Positions 1 to 8,101 of a DNA stretch of 24,000 nucleotides are shown in pieces; position 1 is the first letter of the stretch, and every line of letters begins with the position of its first letter. A program made the position numbers and the translations under genes. The notes under the pieces are model-generated. The model had not been told where the DNA came from and ran no database searches. It worked only from the letters and a program-made list of their open reading frames with translations. Origin of the DNA: Edaphocola sp. (GTDB lineage Bacteria > Bacteroidota > Bacteroidia > Chitinophagales > Chitinophagaceae); assembly GCA_035497795.1 (NCBI GenBank), contig DATJCU010000013.1, positions 22,274 through 46,273 on the forward strand. Direction: 5' to 3'.

Positions 1-2496
1 GAAAAGTCTAAACAATTAAAGGAATGGAAGCATTGTTCTTTTTCTGACAAAGACTTTGGTGCAGAAATAGGTGTAATTAAAAAAGGCAACTCTATTCTTA
101 TCGATTTGAAAATTGTGATAGAGGGAATTGCTTATAACAGTGATGAATTGGAACTTTTAAATAGTGCATTAGTCTTAAAAGATAATCAATTTCATTCAGT
201 AGCAAACCTTGAAACGCTTAATATTGTTGAGCATTTTAATGGTAACCTTCAAATTAAAATACCCAAAAAAGAATGGAATGATTATTTGTCTCAAGTTTTG
301 ATGCCATTGACTGAAACAACAACCATTCATTTTGATGAAGCACTAACAGAAAAGCTAGTAGAAGAAGAACCCGGATTTATACTTTACTTAAAAGAAACAG
401 AAAAATCAATCGTATTTAAGCCTGCTTTTACCTATAATGGTATAGAAAAGTTTTGGTTAGATTCCTCTTCAGCTATTAATGCAGTAGACGGTAAGGTAAT
501 TATATACGAGCGCAATCAAGCAGCAGAGCAAACTTTTATTAACCTAATACGCTATTTGCATCCTATGATGCAGGAAAGTCGAAAACTTCGTTCTTTTCAG
601 CTTTTAGCAGCTGAAGCATTAAAAGGGAGCTGGTATTTCCATTTTCTAGATACACTTAAAGAAAAAAATGTTAATATAATTGGATATGAGCAGTTAAAAC
701 AATTGCGAATTAATCCAAATAAACCTATTACTAACTTAAATGTAAAAAGTGGGATTGACTGGTTTGATGTGGATCTTACCGTTTCTTTTGGAGAGGAAAA
801 TGTTGGTATTCAGGATGTAAAAAGAGCTTTAATCAAAAAACAAAGTTTTGTCAATCTGAAAGATGGTAGTGTAGGTTTACTACCTGATGAATGGATGGAC
901 AAATATTCCTTGCTATTAAAACTAGGTCAGGTAAAAGAAGGGAAAATACGATTAAAGAGTGTTCAATTTACTGCTTTAGAACATTTACAGGAAGAGTTTG
1001 ATCCTAATGAATTACTTCAGCAATTAATAGAAAAGAAGGAAAGATTATTTAATTATGATTTTGAACACACGGATGAGATTGCGATTCCATCAAATGTAAG
1101 AGCGATACTAAGACCTTATCAGCAAGCTTCATTTCAGTGGATGGCATTCTTGAAAGAAACTGGCTGGGGTGGTATATTAGCGGATGATATGGGATTGGGA
1201 AAAACGCTTCAAACTTTAACATTTTTGCAAAACTGTCAGAATGAAAATCCTGATGCAAAATTTCTGGTGGTATGCCCTACTTCATTAATGCATAACTGGG
1301 AAAGTGAAATTAAAAAATTTACACCGGATTTAATAAGTCTTATGCACCATGGCTCTAATAGAAATACGAGTCTGAAGAAACTTTTGGAATACCCTTTAGT
1401 GATTACTACTTATGGTACTTTGAGGAGTGATATAAAAACTTTAAGTCAAATTGAGTTTGATTTTGTAGTTCTGGATGAATCACAAGCTATTAAAAATCCA
1501 TTATCTCAGGTAGCAAAAGCATCTATGCAATTATTGGCAAAAAATAGATTGGCATTAAGTGGAACACCAGTACAGAATAATACCTTTGATTTATACGCAC
1601 AGATGAATTTTTTGAATCCTGGAATGTTAGGATCAATTGACTTTTTCAGAAATGAATTTGCTAATCCTATAGATAAAAATCAGGATGCTGATGTCAAGCA
1701 ACAATTAAGAAAATTAATTTATCCTTTTTTATTAAGAAGGACAAAAGAACAAGTAGCACCTGATTTACCAGAGAAGGTTGAAACAATTCTCTTCTGTGAA
1801 ATGGGAGCCAAACAAAGAAAAATATATCAGACTTTCCGAAACTCATATCGTTCTAAAATATTAGGAGAAATTGAAAGCAAAGGAATAGAACGTTCACAAA
1901 TGAGTATCTTACACGGCTTAATGAAACTAAGACAGATATGTGATTCTCCAGCTATATTGAATGAAGATAAAAAGTATGAAAATCATTCTATCAAAATTGA
2001 TCAACTAGTTAAGGAAATAACTGAAAATACAGGAGAACATAAGGCACTTATTTTCTCTCAGTTCTTAGGCATGCTAGCCTTGATAAAGAAAGAGCTTACC
2101 AAATTGAATATTCCTTATGTATATTTTGATGGTAGTACCTCTATGGGAGAAAGACAAAAAGCTATTAAACAATTCCAAGAAGAAGATAGTACAAGAGTTT
2201 TCCTTATATCCTTAAAAGCGGGTGGTGTAGGTCTTAACCTTACAGCTGCAGATTATGTGTATATCGTTGACCCTTGGTGGAATCCAGCAGTAGAACAACA
2301 AGCTATAGATCGTACCCATCGAATAGGACAGACTAAAAGCATTTTTGCCTATCGTATGATATGTAAGGATACCATTGAAGAAAAGATCATGTTGTTGCAG
2401 GAACGAAAATTGAATTTGGTTAAGGATTTAATTGCCGATGATAGCGCTTTCTTCAAACAACTTACCAAGGATGATATCAGTTATTTATTAAGTTAG
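1..2496 (+). CDS. SNF2-family DEAD/H-box helicase, 5'-partial (reading frame open to the left window edge)
   Basis: Frame 1 has no stop from nt 1 to the TAG at 2494-2496, so the TTG at 106 used by the ORF track is probably internal. Helicase motifs present: motif I LADDMGLGKT, motif II DESQ (VLDESQAIKN), LALSGTP, and a helicase-C block with motif VI QAIDRTHRIGQ. The N-terminal ~330 aa look like the bacterial SNF2-associated region. Confidence 0.9.
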   Translation, partial: EKSKQLKEWKHCSFSDKDFGAEIGVIKKGNSILIDLKIVIEGIAYNSDELELLNSALVLKDNQFHSVANLETLNIVEHFNGNLQIKIPKKEWNDYLSQVLMPLTETTTIHFDEALTEKLVEEEPGFILYLKETEKSIVFKPAFTYNGIEKFWLDSSSAINAVDGKVIIYERNQAAEQTFINLIRYLHPMMQESRKLRSFQLLAAEALKGSWYFHFLDTLKEKNVNIIGYEQLKQLRINPNKPITNLNVKSGIDWFDVDLTVSFGEENVGIQDVKRALIKKQSFVNLKDGSVGLLPDEWMDKYSLLLKLGQVKEGKIRLKSVQFTALEHLQEEFDPNELLQQLIEKKERLFNYDFEHTDEIAIPSNVRAILRPYQQASFQWMAFLKETGWGGILADDMGLGKTLQTLTFLQNCQNENPDAKFLVVCPTSLMHNWESEIKKFTPDLISLMHHGSNRNTSLKKLLEYPLVITTYGTLRSDIKTLSQIEFDFVVLDESQAIKNPLSQVAKASMQLLAKNRLALSGTPVQNNTFDLYAQMNFLNPGMLGSIDFFRNEFANPIDKNQDADVKQQLRKLIYPFLLRRTKEQVAPDLPEKVETILFCEMGAKQRKIYQTFRNSYRSKILGEIESKGIERSQMSILHGLMKLRQICDSPAILNEDKKYENHSIKIDQLVKEITENTGEHKALIFSQFLGMLALIKKELTKLNIPYVYFDGSTSMGERQKAIKQFQEEDSTRVFLISLKAGGVGLNLTAADYVYIVDPWWNPAVEQQAIDRTHRIGQTKSIFAYRMICKDTIEEKIMLLQERKLNLVKDLIADDSAFFKQLTKDDISYLLS

Positions 2497-2545
2497 TAAT
2501 GAATACCTCTTCAGCAAAAAATTATCGAATATTGTGAGCTTGAGC

Positions 2546-2938
2546 TTATTTTAAAAAATAAAAATCAATATCTAATTTTACTTTAGATTTAACTGCACGA
2601 CCTTTATATTGTGCTGGAATCCATTTTGGCATTAAATGCATAATCCTTAAAGCTTCTTTATCTAAACTTGGATATAAAGGCTGAAGGACTTTTATATTTT
2701 TAATTACACCAGAGGTATTTACTAAAAACTGAAGTTTTACACTTCCCTCCACCCCAGCATTTACAGCATCCTGATGATACTTTTTTTTATCGGCTATGAA
2801 ATCATATAGCTTATCTTCTCCACCAGGAAAAGAAGCTTTTTCAAAGCCCTTTGTCTCCATTTTTTGAGTATTGCATGCATTGAAGAGCAAAGTATAACTA
2901 GCTATTAATAAAACAAAATAAAGAAAACTTCTTTTCAT
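2546..2938 (-). CDS. TonB C-terminal-domain lipoprotein (stand-alone TonB_C fold; no proline-rich spacer or N-terminal TonB anchor)
   Basis: Signal peptide with lipobox-like LLFNAC. The body matches the TonB_C pattern FPGGxxxLxxF...GVEGSVKLQFLVNTSGVIKNIKVL...LDKEALRIMHLMPKWIPAQYKGRAV. Confidence 0.8.
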   Translation of the reverse strand: MKRSFLYFVLLIASYTLLFNACNTQKMETKGFEKASFPGGEDKLYDFIADKKKYHQDAVNAGVEGSVKLQFLVNTSGVIKNIKVLQPLYPSLDKEALRIMHLMPKWIPAQYKGRAVKSKVKLDIDFYFLK

Positions 2939-3011
2939 AAGTGAGTACTATGATTTTTAAAATTATTGAATTGGTTTAAAACTTCAACATCGATTGCAAT
3001 TTCTAATATAT

Positions 3012-4919
3012 TTATTTCACTGAATCTATAAATTCTTTTAATAAATCATCTTCATCATCTTCATAATCAACTTCTTCATTTTCCTCTATTAAGTGATAAG
3101 ACTCAAAATTGCGACTATCCTCAGCTAGTAAGGCTTGTTCTCTCAAAATTGAATCTTTAATGGTAAAGCTTGTGTTATCTAAATCAGTTTCTTTAGCCAT
3201 TTTCTTTAAAGCCGCCTCGTCTATCAATTCAAACCGCTTACCCATACGCCGAGCAGTATATTTTCTCAATCCCATTTCATGTAAAACATCAACCGCCATA
3301 TTAACAGCTGTGCCCATGGTTTCCCGATACAAATTGTCAATCCCACTTCTTAGAAAAGATTCTGCATCAATCCTATTTTTAGCACGAACAAATATTTTAA
3401 TATTCAGTTTTTTCTTTCTTACCGACTCAATTATGCCTTTATTCTCATCAGGATTGTCTAGGCATAAAACTAAAATCTTAGCTTCGTTAATACCAGCGGC
3501 TTCTAGTATGGACCATCTAGTGGCATCTCCATAAAACACTTTAAATCCATAACTTCTTAATAGTTTCACTCTTTCTGGATCATGATCCAAAATTGTAGCA
3601 GGAATTTTATTGGCCTTCAATAAACGACCAACTGTGCTACCAAAATAACCAAAACCCACTATAATAATCTTTTTCTGCTTCACATTCATAGATGTTATAT
3701 CAAACTCCGAATCAAGAACATCGTTTGGCACTTCACGTGGGCTGATAAACTTATCATAAATGATTAATAATATTGGAGTAATACACATTGTAATAGCAGT
3801 AACTGCCATTAGTTGTGAAAAAAGCACTTGGTTCATCAAGAATATTCTCTTTGAGAAACTTAATAATACAAATGCGAATTCTCCAACTTGAGATAAGGCA
3901 AAAGCAAAGAATAAGTTTTGTGTCCAAGCAATTTTGAATATTTTTCCTATTAATATTAAAACCAAAAACTTGACTACCAATACCAATCCCACTAAACTAA
4001 AAATAAAAATATAATCTTTTGCGATGACATTAAAATTCATCATAGCACCTACACTTACAAAAAACACAGCAAGTAGCAGACCTTTAAATGGTTCAATATT
4101 AGATTCTAATTCATTTCGAAACTCACTATTGGCAAGCATTACACCTGCTATAAATGCACCCAATGCGGGAGAAAGCCCCACTTCGGTCATTAACTCGGAA
4201 ACACCGATTACTAGAAATAAAGAAGATGCTGTTAAGAGTTCTGACATGCCTGACTTAGAGACATATCTCAAGAAAGGAACAAATATAAAACGACCTAAAA
4301 GGATTAATAATATTACACCAATGACCACTGAAAAGCTTTGCATCCATTCTGGCAACATTTGGATAAGATATTTAGACTCGTTTTCCTCAGTGATATTACT
4401 ATGGGCAATAATAGGCAGTAAAGCCAAAATAGGGATAACAGAAATATCCTGAAATAGTAACGTTGCAAAAGAAGCCTCTCCGGCTGTCGTATGCATCATA
4501 TGTCGTTCACTTAGGGTTTGCAAAACTATAGCAGTCGAGGACATTGCAAAACACATCGCTGCTGCTAAAGCTACATCTGTCTCCCATTTAAATAAAATAA
4601 GAATACTAGCGATAATTAAAACAGTAAGCCCTAATTGTGTAATACCTAGGCCAAAAATTTGTTTTCGCATAGACCAGAATTTCTTAGGTTCCATTTCTAA
4701 GCCTACTAAAAACAAAAGCATTACTACCCCAAACTCTGTAGCTTGCATAACACCCTCAGCACCGGATCCAGTAAGCTTTAAAACAAAAGGGCCAATGATA
4801 ATCCCCCCAAGTATATAACCAATTACCGAACTTAAACCGAATCTTTTCACTAAAGGCACCATTATGATGGCTGCCCCTAGAAAGGTCAAAGTGGTTATGG
4901 CAATACTATTTTCGTTCAT
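3012..4919 (-). CDS. CPA2-family K+/H+ antiporter of the KefB/KefC type with C-terminal RCK/TrkA-N domain
   Basis: N-terminus aligns by eye with E. coli KefC (LTFLGAAIIMVPLVKRFGLSSVIGYILGGIIIGP versus [34 protein letters not shown]). About 12 hydrophobic helices. Rossmann motif IIIVGFGYFGSTVG. Acidic C-terminal tail EENEEVDYEDDEDD. Confidence 0.9.
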   Translation of the reverse strand: MNENSIAITTLTFLGAAIIMVPLVKRFGLSSVIGYILGGIIIGPFVLKLTGSGAEGVMQATEFGVVMLLFLVGLEMEPKKFWSMRKQIFGLGITQLGLTVLIIASILILFKWETDVALAAAMCFAMSSTAIVLQTLSERHMMHTTAGEASFATLLFQDISVIPILALLPIIAHSNITEENESKYLIQMLPEWMQSFSVVIGVILLILLGRFIFVPFLRYVSKSGMSELLTASSLFLVIGVSELMTEVGLSPALGAFIAGVMLANSEFRNELESNIEPFKGLLLAVFFVSVGAMMNFNVIAKDYIFIFSLVGLVLVVKFLVLILIGKIFKIAWTQNLFFAFALSQVGEFAFVLLSFSKRIFLMNQVLFSQLMAVTAITMCITPILLIIYDKFISPREVPNDVLDSEFDITSMNVKQKKIIIVGFGYFGSTVGRLLKANKIPATILDHDPERVKLLRSYGFKVFYGDATRWSILEAAGINEAKILVLCLDNPDENKGIIESVRKKKLNIKIFVRAKNRIDAESFLRSGIDNLYRETMGTAVNMAVDVLHEMGLRKYTARRMGKRFELIDEAALKKMAKETDLDNTSFTIKDSILREQALLAEDSRNFESYHLIEENEEVDYEDDEDDLLKEFIDSVK

Positions 4920-4940
4920 AAAAATTACACCTTATCTGGA

Positions 4941-5465
4941 TTACACTTGATTAATAAAATTTAAGAAATTGGCTTTATGTTCTTCAATATCTTTAAATGA
5001 CTGACTTTCAGATTCATAAACTACGTAAACAGGATGCAGTTTAGCTTTAAAGATATTCAAGGTTAACAAGAATCCTGCCAATAACTCTTCAACAGTAAAA
5101 CTGTATTTTCCAGTTTTACCAAATGAGGCTTCTCTACTTATGGAAGTGACAAAAACAAAAATGTTTTTCCCATGTAAAGGGTTGTCAATATATTCCTTAG
5201 TCCAGCTTCCATCAATTACTTCATCTAACCACAAACGCAACAATGGAGGCATGTCAAACCAGATTAATGGGAAATGAAACACAATTTTATTGTATTTTGA
5301 CAAACGCTTTCTTTCTCTGAATGCTGGAATATGAAAATTAGGATAAACCTCATATAAATCCAAAAAATCAAATTGTTCTTTATTGCGATACATTGCAATG
5401 AGTTCCTGGTTAGAATCTGGAAACTCAAAAAATGGATGTGCAAATAAGACTAATGTTTTTGGCAA
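4941..5465 (-). CDS. KefF/KefG-like flavodoxin-fold NAD(P)H oxidoreductase (ancillary subunit of Kef K+ efflux system)
   Basis: Aligns by eye with E. coli KefG (LVLFAHP...DLYEVYPNFHI...IVFHFPLIWFDMPPLLRLWLDEV versus LLLYAHP...DLYAHYPDFFI...[23 protein letters not shown]). It lies 21 nt upstream of the Kef antiporter gene on the same strand. The start codon is TTG at 5465-5463. Confidence 0.85.
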   Translation of the reverse strand: MPKTLVLFAHPFFEFPDSNQELIAMYRNKEQFDFLDLYEVYPNFHIPAFRERKRLSKYNKIVFHFPLIWFDMPPLLRLWLDEVIDGSWTKEYIDNPLHGKNIFVFVTSISREASFGKTGKYSFTVEELLAGFLLTLNIFKAKLHPVYVVYESESQSFKDIEEHKANFLNFINQV

Positions 5466-5978
5466 AGTAAAACTGGTTTTGCGTAAAAATAAGGTTTTTT
5501 ATAAAATTTATAAAAAATAAATTACAGAATATAAAACCAAAAGAGTTTAGCCTCTATTATGCCCTATTGAACTTATTATATTTTTTGTTTCTAATAATCC
5601 GAATTCCGTGATTTTAGCAAAAACACTTATGGAATAAAAAAAAGTGTTATTCATTTTTGAATCTCTGCATTCAAAAATCAGTAATTCAATTTTATATTTT
5701 CCAAATATGCGATAAGATTATCTAATAATAGAGATTCATAAGTAATTTTATAAGCTATTAATTATTCTTTTTTGGAATACTTCTATAATAATTTCACAAA
5801 CAGAGTCTATATAACTTTGGGATTAAAGGGGGAAAAGAAGAATAAAGCCTCTTATTTTTGAAATTTGGGTGTGCTTTTTCTAAATGAGCAGGAAACTATT
5901 ACAACAAACTATATAGGAGTTATACCACCATGGGAAAGTATTAGAAATAGCCTATACAATACCAAGCTCTTAAAAAGC

Positions 5979-6013
5979 AAAAAAAAATCCGTAGTCCACA
6001 ATTGGACTACGGA
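5979..6013 (-). terminator. Rho-independent terminator of the PNGase F-like gene
   Basis: 11-bp stem tccgtagtcca (5988-5998) / tggactacgga (6003-6013) with loop caat. On the minus strand it is followed by a run of 9 T (plus-strand A run 5979-5987). It begins 29 nt downstream of the TAG stop at 6042-6044. Confidence 0.8.
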
Positions 6014-6041
6014 TATTAATCGCATATAACTTTATTAAAAA

Positions 6042-7997
6042 CTAGCGATTAATTACTAATTTTTCAACTTTAGAACCTTCTTTGCACTCAAAAGTCAATG
6101 TATAAATCCCTGAAGGCAATGTAGAAACATCAATATTATTTTGAAGTTTTGGAGCCCCAGTAGTTAGAACTGTTTGACCTAAGATATTATTAATTTTTAC
6201 TATTGCTTGAGCATCTGAAACACCTTCTACAGTAAGTGCAATGGTTTGATTAGCTGGGTTAGGAGCAATACTCAATTGAATATTATTATTCATTTGCCTA
6301 ATACTTACTGGTGGTTCCGAGTTAGTAACAACAAACTCTTGAATAAAACCACTTCCAAAGTTACCAGCAAGAGAGGTGCCATTACCAGGATCATTTTTCG
6401 GTAACCTAAATGAGAAATTATCATTAAACCTTTTTACAGCAATTGTTCCAATATTAAATAGATTAAAGAAATTAAAACCATAACCTGCCTCTGTAACCAT
6501 TTCGAAAGAATAACATCCATTTTCTAAATGAACCGTATCATTTAATGTTGCATTTGGACTTGTACTAATTCTTTGTTTTATAACATTTCCTGCCTCATCT
6601 CTAATAATCCATTTAGCTGCATTTCCATTTTGAGTAGCACCACTGGTTTTCATATTAATGATATAATTACCTTTATCCCAAACAGGAGGTGCAACAAAAG
6701 CACTTAGCGCACTATTATTTTCAATTTCATCATCTACAACACCATTCACTTTTTCTAAATTTACCACAAAATTCTTAGTGCCTGTTATACTAGAAATTTC
6801 AGGTATAGAAGGTAAACTAATAATTGCATTTTCCATTGGAGCAAGGCTTCCAGCCCAAGTAAAGGTACTAGGTGTTTCGCCTTCAATTCCATAAGAGAAT
6901 TTAGCGGATACAACAGTATCCTTACCATAATTTTTTACTTTTACTTTTACATCTCCACAAATTGGATTCATTCTAAAGTATAAATCTTTTTTGCTAGGGG
7001 CAACGATATCTTCAATTCCTAAATCAACTTCATTATTATAATCCCCGTAGAAAAATAATGTATTAGAAGTTGTATAAGAAGGAGGATCATTCTGATTACT
7101 AGAGGTATAAGGCTGAAACTCCATACTCGCATTAAAAGTATCCGTTAAAGCTGCAGTTGGAATCTTTAGAATTTTAGGAAAAACAATATCTCCAGGACAC
7201 CAATTGGCACGGTTATAAACCCATGTACCAGATTGAGGATAAACCCAATTAACACCACAATCATCTCTCCAAATATTCGTTAAACCTTGAGAAGTTCCGT
7301 TTACTAACCAACGATACCATTTTTTACAGAATTCAGCACAATTGTTGGTATTATCATCACTACCATGACCAGAAATAATATGCATGGCTTCTGCATAAAC
7401 TGTTCCAGTAGGAGGCGTAAAGGTTTGAGCTGCAGTATGATCATCAATTGGATCAGTTGTTTTGCCATATTTAAAGCTACCATTCCACAATTTCTCTACA
7501 GCTAAGACATCTCTAGGAGGCGTCCCTTCTACAAACTCAAATCTCATGGATCCTGTAAATCCCCAAGAATAACCTTCATATTTAAACCGAACGATTGCAC
7601 TATCTTTTAAAATAGGATAAAAGTCAGTCACATCAAATACATAATCATGCTTCCAACTAAGTGGCATATTTGGATAAGAAGAGTGTGCATAAGGAGTAAT
7701 AAATCTTCCTAACTCAAATGTATCGGTTGGAGTCATTACAGTAAACCTTACCGTATAATCCCATTGAGCACAATACTGAGAACCTGCCGGGCAGGTTTCT
7801 TTACCTAAAGTAAAAATCATATTTACTTTTCGATATGATTTACTTCCATCAGGAAAAGCTACTGCAGTATCATAGTTCCCATATTGCAATATGGATGTAG
7901 TTGGAAAAGCATTAATAACGGTAGTATCTCCATTTGCTGCCAATGCTCCAAAGGCCAATGAAGTACAAATACCTAATAAGGGTATGATTCTTTTCAT
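6042..7997 (-). CDS. Secreted peptide-N-glycosidase F (PNGase F)-like protein with extra beta-sandwich domains and a T9SS type A C-terminal sorting domain
   Basis: Blocks shared with Elizabethkingia PNGase F as I recall it: CAQWDY (CDEWDRY), ELGRFITPY (EIGRFITPY), FDVTDF (IDVTDF), NCAEFC (GCAEWC), RANWCPG (RAGWCPG). A CARDB-like stretch follows (GDVKVKVKNYGKDTVVSAKFSYG), then a classic CTD. I place the start at the ATG at 7997 (MKRIIPLLGICTSLAFGALA signal peptide) rather than the track's TTG at 8054. Confidence 0.8.
   Translation of the reverse strand: MKRIIPLLGICTSLAFGALAANGDTTVINAFPTTSILQYGNYDTAVAFPDGSKSYRKVNMIFTLGKETCPAGSQYCAQWDYTVRFTVMTPTDTFELGRFITPYAHSSYPNMPLSWKHDYVFDVTDFYPILKDSAIVRFKYEGYSWGFTGSMRFEFVEGTPPRDVLAVEKLWNGSFKYGKTTDPIDDHTAAQTFTPPTGTVYAEAMHIISGHGSDDNTNNCAEFCKKWYRWLVNGTSQGLTNIWRDDCGVNWVYPQSGTWVYNRANWCPGDIVFPKILKIPTAALTDTFNASMEFQPYTSSNQNDPPSYTTSNTLFFYGDYNNEVDLGIEDIVAPSKKDLYFRMNPICGDVKVKVKNYGKDTVVSAKFSYGIEGETPSTFTWAGSLAPMENAIISLPSIPEISSITGTKNFVVNLEKVNGVVDDEIENNSALSAFVAPPVWDKGNYIINMKTSGATQNGNAAKWIIRDEAGNVIKQRISTSPNATLNDTVHLENGCYSFEMVTEAGYGFNFFNLFNIGTIAVKRFNDNFSFRLPKNDPGNGTSLAGNFGSGFIQEFVVTNSEPPVSIRQMNNNIQLSIAPNPANQTIALTVEGVSDAQAIVKINNILGQTVLTTGAPKLQNNIDVSTLPSGIYTLTFECKEGSKVEKLVINR
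6045..6281 (-). other. Region encoding T9SS type A (Por) C-terminal sorting domain
   Basis: Last 79 aa: IQLSIAPNPANQTIALTVEG...ILGQTVL...LPSGIYTLTFECKEGSKVEKLVINR. These are the canonical PNP, G-x-x-V and G-I-Y motifs. Confidence 0.85.
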
Positions 7998-8057
7998 ATT
8001 TAAAAAAATATTGTATTTATTAAAAGGTAAAGGTAAAAAAATGTTTTCATACAATTA

Positions 8058-8065
8058 CAAAGCTA
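8058..8065 (-). promoter_or_regulatory. Candidate Bacteroidota sigma-A -7 box (TAGCTTTG on minus strand) for the PNGase F-like gene
   Basis: Matches TAnnTTTG, 61 nt upstream of the ATG at 7997. Such motifs are expected by chance fairly often in DNA this AT-rich. Confidence 0.3.
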
Positions 8066-8070
8066 TTTGA

Positions 8071-8078
8071 TAAATTTG
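8071..8078 (+). promoter_or_regulatory. Candidate -7 box (TAAATTTG) for the DUF4105/Lnb-like gene
   Basis: Matches TAnnTTTG, 24 nt upstream of the ATG at 8102, back-to-back with the divergent box at 8058-8065. Confidence 0.35.
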
Positions 8079-8101
8079 CTTTTTTAATACGCTTATTTAT
8101 T

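Noticed and set aside
1049-1258. 69-aa minus-strand ORF inside the SNF2 gene
   Set aside because: It is entirely antisense to a strongly supported CDS, shows no motif, and is a typical shadow ORF.
106-2496. ORF-track start (TTG at 106) for the SNF2 helicase
   Set aside because: The same frame is open without a stop back to nt 1, and SNF2 proteins of this type are usually longer. The start is treated as an artefact of the window edge.
3109-4452. Two plus-strand ORFs (3109-3534 and 4024-4452) antisense to the Kef antiporter gene
   Set aside because: These are shadow frames of a well-supported membrane-protein gene. Their Ser/Leu/Ile-rich low-complexity translations show no domain signature.
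5812-5819. Plus-strand TAACTTTG, identical to the -7 boxes proposed for the regulator and SCO genes, as evidence for an orphan promoter or sRNA
   Set aside because: By my rough base-composition estimate, about one TAnnTTTG match is expected by chance in 576 bp on two strands, and no convincing terminator follows. It is kept only as a note within the intergenic-region finding.
7998-8054. 19-codon N-terminal extension (TTG start, MYENIFLPLPFNKYNIFLN) of the PNGase F-like ORF
   Set aside because: The ATG at 7997 opens a textbook signal peptide (MKRIIPLLGICTSLAFGALA). The extension would start only 4 nt from the candidate -7 box and has no signal-peptide character.
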